Positions 46,210-59,744 of a stretch of 64,000 nucleotides of DNA are shown here, in pieces. The notes below the pieces were generated by a model that was not told the origin of the DNA, did not search any database, and worked only from the letters and a program-made list of their open reading frames with translations. Source of the stretch: Octopus bimaculoides (taxonomy: Eukaryota); assembly GCF_001194135.2 (NCBI RefSeq), contig NC_069004.1, positions 31,536,775 to 31,600,774 on the forward strand. Reading direction: 5' to 3'. Within the stretch, counting starts at the first letter, position 1, and the number at the start of each line of letters is the position of its first letter. Both the position numbers and the translations under genes were made by a program.

Positions 46210-47899
46210 TATGCAATCATGTGTGTCGGTGGTCAAAGTTGTCCGATTGTAGAGATCCACCTTGGTGAGACTGTGACATTCTTCACCATATTATCTAGAA
46301 ATGGAACCGGTAAAGAGAAATAATGATGATGATGACGATGACAACGATAATCAAAATAATTCTAATTTTGGCACAAAGCAAGAAATTTTGAGGGGAGGGA
46401 GTGAGGTGATTAAAATCAACCCAGTGTAAAAGGCAAAGGTGAATTCCAGGGGCCAATGAATGAAATAGACCAGGGGTTCTCAACCAGGGTTCATATAACA
46501 GTTTGGTAGGGTCCATCCAACAAAATAGTAAATTGGGGACCCACAATTATATTTTATGGGCCTCTGGAAAAAAATTTGCTTAAGATCAGCGTTTTTCAAC
46601 CTTTTTACCCTTGCGTAACCCTTAAGATAAATTACATGTCTCAAGGAACCCCTGCACACAAAAATATATTCCATAACTTTCTCATATTTTTTCCATCGTA
46701 ATTCACGTAATAAATATCATATATATATATAAGGAGACTGTCCAGAAGAGTTCCAAGAGATACCGAAGTTGTCTGGCCGGTCGATGTGGTTACCTAGGTT
46801 TCTGCGAGTATATACACAGACAGACAGAGGCTTCATTCAGTTTCCATCTGCCAAGTCCACTCACCAGGCTTTGGTTGGCCTAAGGCTACAATACAAGACA
46901 CTTGCCCATGGTGCCACACAATGGGACTGAACCTGGAATCACATGGTTGTGAAGCAAACTTCTTACCACACAGCCATACATATTACATGCACAAGCACTT
47001 CTTTCAATACACACACACACACACCATGTGCTTCCACACAGTTTTCCTCTTCCAGATTCACTCACAAGATTTTGGTCAGCCCAGGGCTAAAGAAGACACT
47101 TGCCCAAGGTGTCTTAAAGTGGGACTGAACCCGAGACCACATGGTTGAAAAGCAAACATTTTAACCATACAGCCATACTGCCTCACCAACAGCCATGAGC
47201 CAAGAAGGAAGCTTCTATGTGGTTACTCTGCTTACTAGAAATAGCAGCCAAATCTCCTTCGAACCTCATTGTAGCACCTTAGAAAGAACATTTTGGAGAA
47301 TGTAGTCCTAAGTATGCTAATGCTGAAACAAGACAGGATGGTCATGGTCGGAATGTCTTTGATGATAATTCTACTGGATCAGAGCTGACCGAGGGTAACT
47401 AACAAAACAACTACGTAATAAGTTTAATATGGGAAAGGTCAATATTTTCATGGTCATCTGGTTGGTCAACAACAACATATGTGATGGTTGTATTGGTACT
47501 AAGAATAGGAGCGGTGGGGGTGATGGTGGTGGCGATAGGGATGATAATAGTGGTGTGGTGATGATGATGATAATGGTGGTGGTGATGGAGGTGGTGGTGA
47601 TGGAGGTGGTGATTATGATAAAGGTGGTGGTGATGTTAATGGTGGTGATGGTGGTGGTGGTGGTGATAGCGATAATGAAGATGGTGGATCATTGCAGTGT
47701 TGCTGATGATGATGACGATGATGATGATGATGATGATGATGATGCGGCAGCCATTTATTCTCGCCTAAAAAGCTTCTCCAGCATGAAACCAATCATTTCC
47801 ACTCCCCTGCTTCTTCCCTCTCTCTCTCTCTCACACATCTTTCACTGACAAAACAATGGACTGACAAGAGCTTCTCATACACAGGGTGGGGTGTGAGAG

Positions 47900-48545
47900 T
47901 GTGTGTGTGTGTGTTGTGTATGTATGTGTCTATACATGTTTATGTATGTATGTATGTGTATATACATGCATGTGTGTGTCTATGTGGGTGTATGCCTGTA
48001 TTTGTGTGTGCATGGTTGTGTGTATGTCTGTATGTGTGCGTGTATGTCCCTATGTGTGTCTTTATGTGTGCGTGTGTCCCCGTATGTGTGCATGTGTATA
48101 TCCGTTTGTGTGCATGTGTATGTCTGTATGTGTGCGTGTGTATGTCCATATGTGCGCGTGTGTATATCCTTATGTGTGTATGTGTGTTGGTCTGTATNNN
48201 NNNNNNNCTATGTGGGTGTATGCCTGTATTTGTGTGTGCATGGTTGTGTGTATGTCTATATGTGCGTGTATGTCCCTATGTGTGCGTGTGTGTGTCTTTA
48301 TGTGTGCGTGTGTCCCCGTATGTGTGCATGTGTATATCCGTTTGTGTGCATGTGTATGTCTGTATGTGTGCGTGTGTATGTCCATATGTGCGCGTGTGTA
48401 TATCCTTATGTGTGTATGTGTGTTGGTCTGTATATGTGTGTATGTATATATATGTGTGTGTGAATGTCTGTATATATGTGTGAATGTCTCTATATGTGTG
48501 TGTGTGTGTTTGTATGGTTATTTTTGTGTATGTGTATTTGGAGAT
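47900..48545. repeat. Degenerate (GT)-rich tract with a ~240-bp duplication across a 10-N gap
   Basis: CTATGTGGGTGTATGCCTGTATTTG... occurs at about 47980 and again at 48208. Confidence 0.8.
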
Positions 48546-48754
48546 ATGTGCGAATGTGTGTGGAAACAGATGAGAGAGAGGGAGAGAGAGAGAGAGATCC
48601 AAGACAGGCCAAGTTGAATGAATATTCAGCATCCAGTTGAGGTGGCAGAGGCAGAGAGAGCGGGTGGGGGTGGGGGAAGGGTCAGAGTAGCTTTGATAGC
48701 AATAACAACAAACAGCCAAGCACAACCCATCGATGGAGGGGAAATGGTCTGCTG

Positions 48755-49065
48755 CTCGACCTGCTAGAAATAACAGCCAAATCTACAAATGACAATGAAT
48801 CAATGGGGAGCTCCAAATGACCACAGCTTACTAGACATAACAGCCAAATCTTCATATAACAATGAAGGGAAGGTGCTGTAGATAGCCACTTCACTCACTA
48901 GAAATAACAGCAATATATCCTACAAATAATGAAGGTGGGCGTAGGTTCTGGATGGCTACTCAACTTGCTAGAAATAACAGCCAAATCTCCAAATAACAAT
49001 GAAGGCAAGGGGCTGCAAATGGCCATTTTGACACACTAGAAACAACAGCCAAATCTCCAGATAAC
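48755..49065. repeat. Five diverged tandem units of 67-70 bp
   Basis: CTAGAAATAACAGCCAAATC starts at 48764, 48831, 48898, 48968 and 49036. Confidence 0.85.
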
Positions 49066-50798
49066 CCCTTGTCTTCAAAAAAAGGAAAGACCGTACATAA
49101 AGGTAATACCCCCCAAACACATCACCTTCCCTAAAATCGATAGGATGGTCACATTTGGAATAATTATAGGTCTGCTCGATCAGGATTATCCCCAGGGTTA
49201 AACAACAACAACGAAAGCTGAACGATCAAATTTAATGCGCAACAAGTGCAGCTAGTGTCATGGAGACTGCAGTCTCTGCTCTAATGCACACAACTACTGC
49301 GACAAGTCAACTGGTTAACCTCAAAACCTCGATGTTGATCTAACGAGAGAGCAGAGAGGCATTTGGTCGATCTGCTAGAAATAGCAGTTAAATTTCCCCT
49401 CAGAACAGTGCATATTACTTCATTATTTTATATTTTTAAAATTTATTAGGCACAGATGTGGCTGTACGGGGTAAGAAGTTTGCTTCTCAACCACTTGGTT
49501 CTGGGTTCAGTCTCACTGAGTGGCACCATGGGCAAGTGGCTTTTTTCTACAGCTTTAGGCTGACCAAAACTTTGGTAGATGGAAACTGACAGGAGCCTAC
49601 CATGTGTGTGTGTGTATGTATATACATACACACACACACACACACACATAAGTGTGTGTCTCTGTCTCCATTCCACCACTTGGCAACTGGTGTTTGTTTC
49701 TTTATGTCCTTGTAACTTAGCAGTTTGGCCAAAAGTGACCGACAGAATAATCATCATTTTAATAATTTCTTCAGAAAATCTCTAGAGATAACCTTAGCAA
49801 ATCATTTGCAACAATCATGCAATGTGAAGATAAGGAGTAACAAACAGATATATATATATACACATACAAACACACAACAGGCTTCTTACAGTTTCCTTCA
49901 ACCAAATTCCACTTGCAATGCTTTGGACAGCCTGGACTAGAGTAGCAGACACTTACCCAAGGTGCCATACAGTGAGACTGAACCTGGTACCATCTGTGTG
50001 TGTCTCATATATATATCATCATCACCATCCAGTGTTTTAAATCTGGGTTTTGTCCCCTTGTGTGTGGATGTGCCTGCATGTGTGTGTCCCCCTGGATCTA
50101 CCTCAATGCCATAGCAACCGAGGTAGGGAGGTGCAGCCCACCCCAACCTTTGGGTTGGCTGGTGTCCATTCTCCTTTGCTATCATGAGGCTTTTCAGGAG
50201 TTGGATTTTCTCTGGGGAGCATGCCCTTGCTTACCCCCAACTTCAGCTTCTAGACATGAGTGGTCCCAAGACCAAGGCCTCTACCACGATTTTTAAGAAG
50301 TGTGATGGAAAACTAGCTCAGGAAGGCAAAGACGCTACTCCATGAGACCCCTTTCGGAGCCCCCCTACATATATATATATATGTATGTGGCTGTCTGGTA
50401 AGAAGTTTGCTTCCCGATCACATTGTTCTGGGTTCAGTCCCATTGCGTGGCACCTTGGGCAAGTTTCTTCTACTATAACTGTGGGCCAACCAAAGCCTCA
50501 TGTGGATCCGGTAGACAGTAACTGAGAGAAGCCTGTTGTATGTATGTGTGTGTGTGTGTGTGTGTGTCCCACCACTGGTTGACAACCGGTGTTGGTGTGG
50601 TTACATCCTCATAGCTTAGAAGTTTGGCAAAAAAGACAGATGGAATAAATGTCATGCTTAAAAATAAAAAAAAAAGTCCTGGTGTTGATTCATTCAACAA
50701 AAATTCCAAGTGGTGCCCCAGCTTGTCCACATTCTAATGACTAAAACGAGTAAAAGAGTGAATGAAGAGACAGACAGACAGACAGATAGGTAGATAGG

Positions 50799-50830
<32 letters not shown>

Positions 50831-51220
50831 CAGAGATAGAAATAGATATATAGATAGATCAATAAGTAGATAGATAGCATAATGAAGTAGTTCACAGGAC
50901 CTTAAGTCTTAACGAGAAGATGAATGGAAGAAAGCTATTTCCACCTGTCCCCTCTGAATTACAGACTAGAGGGAAAACAGGCATGAAAGAGAGAGAGAGG
51001 GAATGTGTGTGTGTGTGTGTGTAGGCGGGAGTGAAAAGCACACAGGGGGAGGGGGTTCTGCACCTACTAACCTCCACCACACACACACATGCACGCACTA
51101 GAAACACCTCTGTCAACTTCATCAAGAATTTCTAGCAACAATGTATGTACGGGGAGGTGTGTGTAGGCAATGTGTCATGTGTACTCAATGGCGCTGTCAT
51201 CAAAGTTCCTAACTGTAGGA

Positions 51221-51251
<31 letters not shown>

Positions 51252-54200
51252 TGTGTATGTATGTGTATGGTTTATGCAGGGGAGGAGGAAGGGGAACAAG
51301 GTAATGTTTTCTGTAGGAAGTCACAACTGGCACTGTAAAGTTTGCTTGCTTACATGTGTGTATGTATGTATAAAAACGTACATGAGTGAGTGTGTGTATG
51401 TGTGAATGTGCGAATATGCCTGCATGTGTGTGCGTGCGTGTGCAGAGGTGCCTACATGTGTGTGTGTGTGGATGTGCCTGCATGTGTGTGTGTGTGTGCA
51501 GATGTGCCTGCATGTATGTGTGTATGTGCCTGCGTGTGTGTGTGCATGCGGATGTACCTGCATGTGTGTGTGTGCAGATGTGCCTGCATGTGTGCGTACG
51601 GATGTATGTGCATATGTGCATGTCCATCTTTTGTTTCAATCATTTGACTGAGGCCATGAAGAAATTCAGTGCAAACGAGTCAACCACGCTAGTAATTGTT
51701 TAAAGTCTAACACACATTTTATCATTCTTTTTTGTTGTACTGCTACGTTACAAGTGACGTAAACACACCAACACCAGTTGTCAAGCGGTGTTGGGGGACA
51801 AACACACACACACACTACACATTTGTTTATTCTATTTGTTTGTCATTTGACTGTGGCCATGTTGGAGCACCACCCTGACATACACATATGTATATCTTTA
51901 TACCTCGAGCTTCTTTCAGTTTCCGTCCTACCAAATCCACCCAAGCTTTTTGGTCAGCCTGAGGCCATCTTAAGGCATTGGGTACGCTGGACAGTTGGCC
52001 AGGGGTTTCATGAGTCTAGGGTCTGCAATTGTGATCTATGGATGCTGTGGATTTGCTCTCAGTAGATAAATACTATAGGGGCTCAAGTGCACTGATTTGC
52101 CCAGGGGTGTAGGGGGCGTTTAGTGCATGTGTGTGATGTGTGTGTGTGTGGGGGGGGATAAGTAAAACAGGTGGTGTGGTGGTGGTAGCTGTGCAATGGG
52201 GTAAAAAAGATAGTGCTGTTTGGGGTGGCATGTTAGGGTAGAGAGAGAGGGAGATGTAGAGAGGGGAGAAGATGTAAAGAGAGAGAGGGGGAAGATGTAG
52301 AGAGAGGAGGAAAGGTGTAAACAGAGAGGGGAAAAACAAACAGAGAGAGGGGGAAAGATGTAAATAGAGAGNNNNNNNNNNNNNNNNNNNNNNNNNNNNN
52401 NNNNNNNNNNNNNNNNNNNNNNNNNNNNNNNNNNNNNNNNNNNNNNNNNNNNNNNNNNNNNNNNNNNNNNNNNNNNNNNNNNNNNNNNNNNNNNNNNNNN
52501 NNNNNNNNNNNNNNNNNNNNNNNNNNNNNNNNNNNNNNNNNNNNNNNNNNNNNNNNNNNNNNNNNNNNNNNNNNNNNNNNNNNNNNNNNNNNNNNNNNNN
52601 NNNNNNNNNNNNNNNNNNNNNNNNNNNNNNNNNNNNNNNNNNNNNNNNNNNNNNNNNNNNGGGGGGGGCAATATCAGAAGTTTTATTCACTGATTCTATA
52701 CAACCACAGTCACCTGTCTAATTAACAGAGGTAGTGGTGATGGTGGTAGCTGTTTCAGCCTACCCACCCCGCTAAACTCCCACACCCTACCCAGTAATCC
52801 CTGATCCAGGAGACTTATGATGAATGACTTAAAAGACAATCCTTGCCCTGACCATCCCCTAAAGCCAGGCCAACTCGAATCACATTGTGGGCCACTTCAA
52901 TCAAAGTTTTTTGAGGGCCACTTGTGTACCGACAGAATTGAAAGCATTTTGCTTTCTCATGTTAATATTATTACAATAATGAATGAACGATCGTTGATTC
53001 CACATGAAATATTATCGTTGCAAAAACAGTAGTATCTTTCTTTTTTTATTACAATCTGATTTTTTATAAAATTTTTAAAATGTCTGTTTAAATAAACCCA
53101 TTTCAAGAAAGTATCAAGCAGGCTGCGTGATAGAAGTCTGTGGGCCACGAGCTTCAGGTTGGCCAGCCCCGCCCTAAGCTAACGGTTCTCAACTCCAGCT
53201 CCTAGGGCTGTATGTGCCCCCCAAGCATCCTTCCGGTGGCCTTCGATGGTCTTCCCTCTATAAAGTTTTCTTTGACTTGCGTTTTTACTTTTTCTGGTGC
53301 AGACCCCTAAGAAAAAATCCAGGTTTTGGATCTGGCCCAGATATTTAAAAGGTCGAGGAGCCCCTACCCTAAGTGCAAACATGGCCATGTGGTTAAAGCT
53401 CACTTTGCAACCATGTGGTTCTAGGCTCAGTCCCACCACATGGCACCTTGGGCAAGTATCTTCTACTATAGTCCCGAGCTGACAAATGTCATGTGCAAAT
53501 TTGGTTGAAGGAAACTGTACAGAAGCCCATCATGTATATATACATAATTTTTCTTACTTGTTTCACTCATTTGACTGCGATCATGTTGGAGCCCCGCCTT
53601 GAAGTGTTTTTGTTGAACAATTTGAACCCAGGACATTCTTTGTAAGCCTAGTACTTATTCTATCAGTCTCTTTTGATAACCGCTAAGTTACAGGGACGTA
53701 AACACGCCAACACCAGTTGTCAAGCAATGATGAGGGGGATAAAAACAGACAAAAAGATACACACACACACACACACAAATATATATATGACAGGCTTCTT
53801 TCAGTTTCCATCTACCAAATCCATTCTCAAGGCTTTGGTCGGACCAAGGCTATAGCAGAAGACACTTGCCCAAGGTGCCGCACAGTGGGATTGAACCCAG
53901 AACCATGTGGCTGGGAAGCAAGCTTCCTTACCACTAATGTGTATATCTTTGTCCTCCTCCATCATTTGACAACCGGTGTTGGTTTGTTCACATCTCAGAA
54001 ATTTAGCTGTTTTAGTAAACGCGAGTTAGACAATAAGTATCAGACTGACAAAACAAGGCAGTACCCCAGGATGGCCGCAGTCTAATGACAAACAACAAGT
54101 TTAAGACTGTGGTAACCAATGTATCCTATCTTTTTATGTGAAAAGCAAGCAGTGTGTGTTTAAGGATGGAGATTTGGTTGCTATTTCTAGCACGTTTGGC

Positions 54201-55013
54201 AACCACATTCTTCATCGTTGGAGCAGAGTGGTGGTGGTGGTGGTGGTGGTGTTAGTGGTTACAGCAATATTGGCTTGAGTAGTAGTGGTGGTGGTCACAG
54301 ATATCTGTGTATTGGATTGACCAACACACCCACGAAGACATGCATGCACACATACACACATACTCAGACACTCACAAACACACTTATAAACACTCACGCA
54401 TACATACACACACATACGAACACACATGCATATATACACATACACCAGCTCACACAAACACACACTCATTTGTTCATTCCTGTCTGTTCGTTTATTCGCT
54501 TATTCCACTAATTACAGTCACACAAGTTTGATTTCTAAACGAAACGAAGAATAACTTTCAAAAGAACTGGGAATAATAATTAGTAGAATGCTTAATTAGT
54601 ATGATTAATTGATAAAGCAATACAAAACACTGTCCAATCATTATTTGATATTTTGTCATTTTTTTTTCCCCTGCTTTTTGTTTTCTTTATTAGGAAGCTG
54701 GCTTAGTTATATCACCACTGTCTGTCCGGTTGCCCCCCCCCCCCCCNNNNNNNNNNNNNNNNNNNGCCACTTCTCTTCTGCTTTGTCCCACACACAGACC
54801 AGTAATGGTTCGTTCAATAGTGCCATTAGACAAACACAAGGTCAACGAGGCCAAACAGTGCCATTTCAAAGTGGTGTCAGAGATTGTTTTGTTTTTTTAT
54901 TTAAGACTACAATACGTGTTGGTAGTAGTGGAAGTGACTGAGAAAAGGTGGTGGTAGTGATGGTGGAAATGGTATCGGTGGCGGTGATGATACTGGTGGC
55001 CGCAGCAGTGGTT

Positions 55014-55052
<39 letters not shown>

Positions 55053-56502
55053 ATAGTGGTGGTGAAGTTAGTGGCAGTAGTGGTGGTGGTAATGGCTGAG
55101 AAGGCAGTAGTGGACATTGAAGTGATGGTGGTGGCAGAAGTTTGACAAGGCTGGTAGCGGCCGTTGGTGATAGTGGTGATGATTGTGAAGGTGGTAGTGG
55201 ACGTTGAAACGGTAGTGGTAGTGGTGACGGACATTAAGGTAGTAGTGGTTGCGGTGGTGGTGGTGGTTGTTCCCAGGTCAATTCTAATCAGACAAGGCTT
55301 ACAAGATCAAAGTGGTTTATTTTTTCAGTTGTCACTGCCATTCTGATTTGCATTCAGACGTTGAATAATATACGAAGGTGTGTAGCACAGTGTTAGGCTA
55401 TTGGATTATGACCACAAGATTGAAAGTTCAATCTCTGGATTGGGCAGCATGCCGTGTCCTTGAGCAAGGCACTTTTTTTTTCTTGCATTATACCAGCCTG
55501 CTTAGCGGAAAGTGAATTTCAGCCAAGCGCTGGGGCAGTCCTCTTTTCCTTCTGCTTGGATAACCTACTGGGGGAAAAAGGTCAGTCGGGAGTTAGGGGC
55601 AGCCTATATTTGCTAACAGCTACATCAATGTCTGTGGGATTGGTCAAATTGATGCAGATGCCTCTGATGAGAATCCAATAAAATTCAAGAATCGATTAAG
55701 GTTGTTCATCATTTTTATCATAGGTGCAGGGGTGGCTGTGTGGTAAGAAGTTTGTTTCCCAACCATATGGTTCTGGGTTCAGTCCCACTGTGTGGTACCT
55801 TGGGAACGTGTCTTCTACTATAGCGTTGCACTGACTAAAGCCTTTTGAGTGGATTTGCTAGATGGAAACTGAAAGAAGCCCATCGTATGTATGTGTGTGT
55901 GTGTGTGTCCCACCACCACTTGACAACTGGTGTCTGTGTGCTTATGGCCTCTGTAACTTAGGTTTTTTTAAGCCTGGTACTTTATTCTAAACCGCTAAGT
56001 ATTGGGATCAATTCGTTCAACTAAAATTCAAAGTGGTGCCCCAGCATGGCCGCAGTCTAATGACTGAAACAAGTAAAAAAGATGAATGGTCTTCCATCTG
56101 GGATGGATTGGATGGTTTGACAAAATCTGACCACTGTTTCGTGCTCCAATGCACTAGCATAGCTGGGCGGGAGGGGGGCACCACTTTTGAGTCTGCTGTA
56201 GGCAATATGTGTTTTTTGTGGAGTCCAGGGGGCAGCAAATGGAAGGGCTGCCATTGGTGGCACACACACTAGCTATGCCAGTGCTCCAGTGTTTTGCTTT
56301 GGTATGGCCTTAAGGGGCCAGAGCAGATTTCTTGCTGTAGAGGAGATGTATGACTACTCATTTTATAAAGGAGTGGATGGTAACTGGTTTGGAAAAATAA
56401 AATAAAAATAAAGAGGAAAATAAAATAGCGATGTGATGTCAACTTCCATACATCACTATGGTTTCAATGACCGGCTTGCACACACCACCAATTTGCTTCC
56501 AT

Positions 56503-57180
56503 GCACCGCCTCGCTCAACCTCCGCACGGCACACCGCCTCCTTCAACCTCCGCACGGCACACCGCCTCCTTCAACCTCCGCACGGCACACCGCCTCCTTC
56601 AACCTCCGCACGGNNNNNNNNNNNNNNNNNNNNNNNNNNNNNNNNNNNNNNNNNNNNNNNNNNNNNNNNNNNNNNNNNNNNNNNNNNNNNNNNNNNNNNN
56701 NNNNNNNNNNNNNNNNNNNNNNNNNNNNNNNNNNNNNNNNNNNNNNNNNNNNNNNNNNNNNNNNNNNNNNNNNNNNNNNNNNNNNNNNNNNNNNNNNNNN
56801 NNNNNNNNNNNNNNNNNNNNNNNNNNNNNNNNNNNNNNNNNNNNNNNNNNNNNNNNNNNNNNNNNNNNNNNNNNNNNNNNNNNNNNNNNNNNNNNNNNNN
56901 NNNNNNNNNNNNNNCCTTCAACTTCCGCACGGCAGACCGCCTCCTTCAACTTCCGCACGGCAGACCGCCTCCTTCAACTTCCGCACGGCAGACCGCCTCA
57001 TTCAACTTCCGCACGGCAGACCGCCTCATTCAACTTCCACACGGCAGACCGCCTCATTCAACTTCCACACGGCACACCGCCTCATTCAACTTCCACACAG
57101 CACACCGCCTCATTCAACTTCCACACAGCACACCTCCTCAGTCAACTTCCACATACCTCCTCATTCAACGTCTACACACT
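56503..57180. repeat. GC-rich 28-bp minisatellite (ACCGCCTCCTTCAACCTCCGCACGGCAC)n, partly in a gap
   Basis: Exact 28-nt period, with the unit drifting in sequence from left to right. Confidence 0.92.
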
Positions 57181-58139
57181 ACCTATAGTCAAAGTCCATA
57201 TGCTACCTCAATGAACTTCCACACATCACCATGGTTTCAATGACCAGCATCTATGCACCATAAACATTCAACACCCACCCACACTACCACAACTTCAAAA
57301 ATAAGCTTCCACACATTAACACAATTTCTTCAAAAACAACAACAACAACAACAGTCTGAGAAGAACCAGATTCTGGTTTAGTCTAAATCAATAAAAATGC
57401 AGTAATGTTGTAGTATTGGGGTGTCTGGTGGTGGTGGTGGTGGTAGCGTTTTAATATTGGTTAGGTCTGGGGGAGGTGTTGGCAGTGGGGGTGGTAGCTA
57501 ACATTAGCTGGGGAAGGAAACAGATGGTGTTGTGAATGACAACACATTCATCATGCTAAAGATGTTGGTGATAATGGTGGTGGTGGTGGCAATGGTGGTG
57601 ATGGTGGCAATGATGATACTGGTGGTGATGATGATGATGGTGGTGGTGGTGGTGGTGATGGCAGTAGCAGTGATGATGGGGTTGGTGACAGTGATGATGG
57701 ATGGTGGTGGCAGTGATGATGATGATGGTGGTGGTGGTGGTGATGATGATGGTAGTGGTGGTGGTGGCAGAGATGATGACGATGTTGGTAGTGATGGTGA
57801 AGATGGTGGTGAGGATAAAAATGGTCGTGATGATAATGAAGGTAGCGATGATGATGGTGGTGGTAGTGATGATGATGATGATGATGATGGTGACAGCAGT
57901 GGTTGTGCTGCTGCTGCTACTGCTCATAAATGATAAAGCTAACGATGGTGATGCTTGATGAATAATGAAGAGGATGTTAGTGACGACAAATGAATGAACA
58001 AATTGAAAACGACAAACTGCACAGCTAATTGTAATCAACATCCAGTGAAAACAGAAGCTATCACACATGAAATCTGTTTGTAAACATCATCATCATCATC
58101 ATTATTATTAAAACAGCGATTTGAGAATTATTAACACAC

Positions 58140-58850
58140 CAGACAAGATGCTTAGTAGCACTTTGTCCGACTTTACATTCTGAGTTCAAATTTCACCGGG
58201 GCCAACTTTGCCTCTCGTCTTTTCAGGGTCGGTAAAATAGCTACCAGTTGAGCATTGAGGTCCCTACTCCAAAACTGCTGGCCTTGTTTTGAAATTATTA
58301 TTATTATTATTATCAATATTATTATTCTAAGGCTGTAAGCTGGCAGAATCGTTAGCAGACCGGGCAAAATGCTTAGCGGTATTTTGTCTGCCGCTACGTT
58401 CTGAGTTCAAATTCCGCCACGGTCAACTGTCTTTCATCCTTTCAGGGTCAATTAAGTAAGTACCAGTTATGCACTTGGGTTGATATAATCCACTAGCCCC
58501 TTTCCCCCAAATTTTCATGGCCTTGTGCCTAGAGTAGAAATAATAATTATTATGAATAAGGCGGCGAGCTGGCAGAATCGTTAGCACGCCGGGCGAAAAG
58601 CTTAGCAGGATTTCATCTGCCTTTATGTTCTGAGTTCAAATTCTGCTGAGGTCGACTTCGCCTTTCATCCTTTTGGGGTTGATAAATTAAATACCAGTGA
58701 AACACTGAGGTCGATGTAATCGATTAGTCCCTTCCCCCCCAAAATTTCAGGCCTTGTGCCTAGAGTAGAAAGAATTATTATTGTTATCAGTATTATTAGG
58801 GTAATGAGTTGGCAGAATCGTTAGCACGCTTGGTAAAGTGCTTTGTTACA
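58140..58850 (+). mobile_element. Head-to-tail cluster of about 4 SINE family B copies; others at 15670-16210, 16890-17160, 27160-27530
   Basis: Same A/B-box head and core, separated by (ATT)n. Confidence 0.8.
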
Positions 58851-59735
58851 TTTCATCTGGGCAAAGTTCAGAGAGTTCCTACCTTTGCTGGCAACAAAAG
58901 GCTTCTCTCTCAGAGTGAAAGGCAGATTGTATGATGCCTGTGTATGAACAGCTATGCTGCATGGTAGTGAAACATGGGCTGTGACAGCCGAGGACATGCG
59001 TAGGCTTGAAAGAAATGAAACTGTTATGCTTCGTTGGATGTGCAATGTCAGTGTGCATGAATGACAGTGAAATATGTTGAGAGAAAAGTTAGGTATAAGA
59101 GGAATCAGATGTGGTGTGCAAGAGAGATAACTGCGCTGGTATGGTCATGTGTTGCGTTTGGATGAAGACAGCTGTGTAAAGAAGTGCCAATCTCTGTGTA
59201 GGGAACCTGTGGTAAAGGTAGACCTAGGAAGACATGGGACGAAGCGGTGAAGCATGACCTTCGAACTTTGAGTCTCTCAGAGGCAATGACTATTGACTCA
59301 GACCTTTGCAATATGCTGCACTTGGGAGGGCCTGTCAAGCTGAGTGAGATCATAGTTGTGGCTGATGTTGGTGTCAAGTCAATGGCACTAATGCTGGTGG
59401 CACATAAAGAGCACCATTCGAGTGTTGGGCCTCACAGAAGCAAAGTGGCTGAGTTCCTTTCGAGTGTTGAGCCTCACGGAGGTAATGACCAAGACCCGTG
59501 GCATTACGTTGGGCTTGAGAAGACCTATGAAGCCGAGCAAAATCAGTCGTGGTAAATACCATGTCATGCAAATTGGCACCTGTGCCAGTGGCACGACAAA
59601 GCACCCATTACACTCAGTGGTTGGCGTTAGGAAGGGCATCCAACCATGCCAAATCAGACTGGAGCCTGGTGCAGCTTCCTGACTTGCCAAACTGTCCAAC
59701 CCATGCCAGCATGAACAACGGACGTTAAATGATTA
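58850..59735 (+). mobile_element. RTE-clade LINE 3' fragment (RT C-terminus plus 3' UTR)
   Basis: Translates to [55 protein letters not shown], then the 3' UTR ending GGACGTTAAATGAT. Confidence 0.85.
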
Positions 59736-59744
59736 TACACACAC

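Noticed and set aside
47886-48617. Cys/Val-rich ORFs here and at 51175-51703, 60365-60801, 62243-63030
   Set aside because: These are (GT/CA)n microsatellite translations.
48755-49065. CRISPR-like repeat-spacer appearance, and GCTAGAAATAGC identity to the Cas9 sgRNA scaffold in dispersed copies
   Set aside because: The context is eukaryotic with no cas genes, the repeats are degenerate and the spacers are homologous to each other. The 12-nt match is part of an abundant host repeat and is best explained by chance.
56433-57243. Three overlapping 240-260-aa ORFs with a 28-aa repeat
   Set aside because: This is a by-product of a stop-free 28-nt unit cycling through all three frames, and it spans an N gap.
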